Virus record (IMG/VR): IMGVR_UViG_2939177367_000002
Source: a virus
Taxonomy: Duplodnaviria > Heunggongvirae > Uroviricota > Caudoviricetes
Direction: 5' to 3' (one strand)
DNA: 37,633 nt
In this document: positions 36,969-37,633 of the stretch, in pieces
Layout of the letters: each line of letters opens with the position of its first letter
Position numbering within the stretch: position 1 is the first letter of the stretch
Notes under the pieces: generated by a model
Seen by the model: only the letters and a program-made list of their open reading frames with translations
Databases searched by the model: none
Told to the model about the DNA's origin: nothing
Position numbers and translations under genes: made by a program

Positions 36969-37346
36969 GTGAAACATAAACAACGTTGGGCGGGGGCAAT
37001 CTGCTGTTTTGTCCTCTTCATTGTGGTGTGCCTTTTTCTGGCGACGCACATGAAAGGCGCTTTTCGGGCTGCCGGGCATCCTGAAATCGGCTTGCTATTT
37101 TTCATTCTTCCTGGAGCAGTCGCCAGCTTCTTTTCACAGCGTAGAGAAGTCCTGAAACCTCTGTTTGGCGCAATGCTGGCGGCACCCTGTTCGATGCTCA
37201 TTATGCGGCTGTTTTTTTCACCGACGCGCTCATTCTGGCAAGAGCTGGCATGGTTACTAAGCGCGGTGTTCTGGTGTGCGCTGGGGGCACTGTGTTTCTT
37301 ATTTATCAGTAGTTTGTTTAAACCACAGCACAGAAAAAATCAGTAA
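36969..37346 (+). CDS. ybjM: Host inner-membrane protein YbjM, 125 aa
   Basis: GTG start; four hydrophobic helices; size and position between ybjL and grxA as in E. coli. Confidence 0.75.
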   Translation: MKHKQRWAGAICCFVLFIVVCLFLATHMKGAFRAAGHPEIGLLFFILPGAVASFFSQRREVLKPLFGAMLAAPCSMLIMRLFFSPTRSFWQELAWLLSAVFWCALGALCFLFISSLFKPQHRKNQ

Positions 37347-37366
37347 AGCCCTCAACGCGAGGGCTT
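37346..37366. terminator. Hairpin AAGCCCTC-AACGC-GAGGGCTT between the convergent genes ybjM and grxA
   Basis: Read directly; a T-run follows on the minus strand, consistent with a grxA terminator. Confidence 0.4.
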
Positions 37367-37375
37367 GTCAGACGA

Positions 37376-37633
37376 TCAGGCGTCCAGATTTTCTTTCACC
37401 CATGCAGCAAAATCGGTATAGCCGCCGATATGTTGCTGATCGACAAAAATCTGCGGCACGGTTTCTACGGGTTTACCTGCCTTTTGTTGTAGATCTTCTT
37501 TAGTGATCCCTTCCGCACGAATATCTACATACTGATACTGAAAATCATCGCGTTCATTGCTCAATTTCTCAGCCAGATCTTTTGCACGCACACAGTAAGG
37601 GCAACCCGAACGACCAAAAATAACGGTTTGCAT
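37376..37633 (-). CDS. grxA: Host glutaredoxin 1, 85 aa
   Basis: Active-site CPYC motif (GRSGCPYCVRAKDL); translation matches E. coli Grx1 as I recall it; the complete ORF ends at the window edge. Confidence 0.9.
   Translation of the reverse strand: MQTVIFGRSGCPYCVRAKDLAEKLSNERDDFQYQYVDIRAEGITKEDLQQKAGKPVETVPQIFVDQQHIGGYTDFAAWVKENLDA

Noticed and set aside
1-37633. Search for CRISPR arrays, rRNA, tRNA or tmRNA genes.
   Set aside because: No regularly spaced direct repeats, no rRNA-like conserved blocks and no evident tRNA-like sequence at the att junction were seen by eye. A formal tRNA or CRISPR scan was not possible, so this is not fully excluded.

Overview
This window holds an almost complete ~34.8-kb P2/186-like (peduovirus-type) prophage inserted beside the host genes ybjL-ybjM-grxA of an Escherichia coli-like chromosome. 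The prophage runs from a tyrosine integrase (1..1053, minus strand) to ogr (34560..34778) and is bracketed by a 20-bp direct repeat (21..40 and 34781..34800, 19/20 identical) that I interpret as the att core. Its organisation is 186-like on the left (int, a cargo gene, CI-type repressor, Apl/Cox-like, CII-like, TraR-family zinc finger, Dam-like methyltransferase, replication protein A, then a LexA-box-controlled small ORF plus DinI-like gene) and P2-like on the right (Q, P, O, N, M, L, X, lysis cassette, R, S, V, W, J, I, H, G, FI, FII, E/E', T, U, D, ogr). Three things are not explained by the conserved phage backbone. (1) An AT-rich cargo island between replication gene A and portal gene Q (about 9.5-12.7 kb) encodes a 71-aa protein translationally coupled to a 280-aa three-helix membrane protein, followed by a very AT-rich 557-aa protein that I cannot assign to any family; this is the position of a known defence hotspot in P2-like phages and is the best candidate for an undescribed system. 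(2) An AT-rich 558-aa membrane-anchored coiled-coil protein with a C-terminal T5orf172/GIY-YIG-like domain sits between the repressor and integrase. (3) A Gin/Pin/Cin-type invertible tail-fibre segment with its serine invertase occupies the G-to-FI region. All assignments rest on reading the translations and on synteny with P2/186; no database search was run, and GC statements are by eye.
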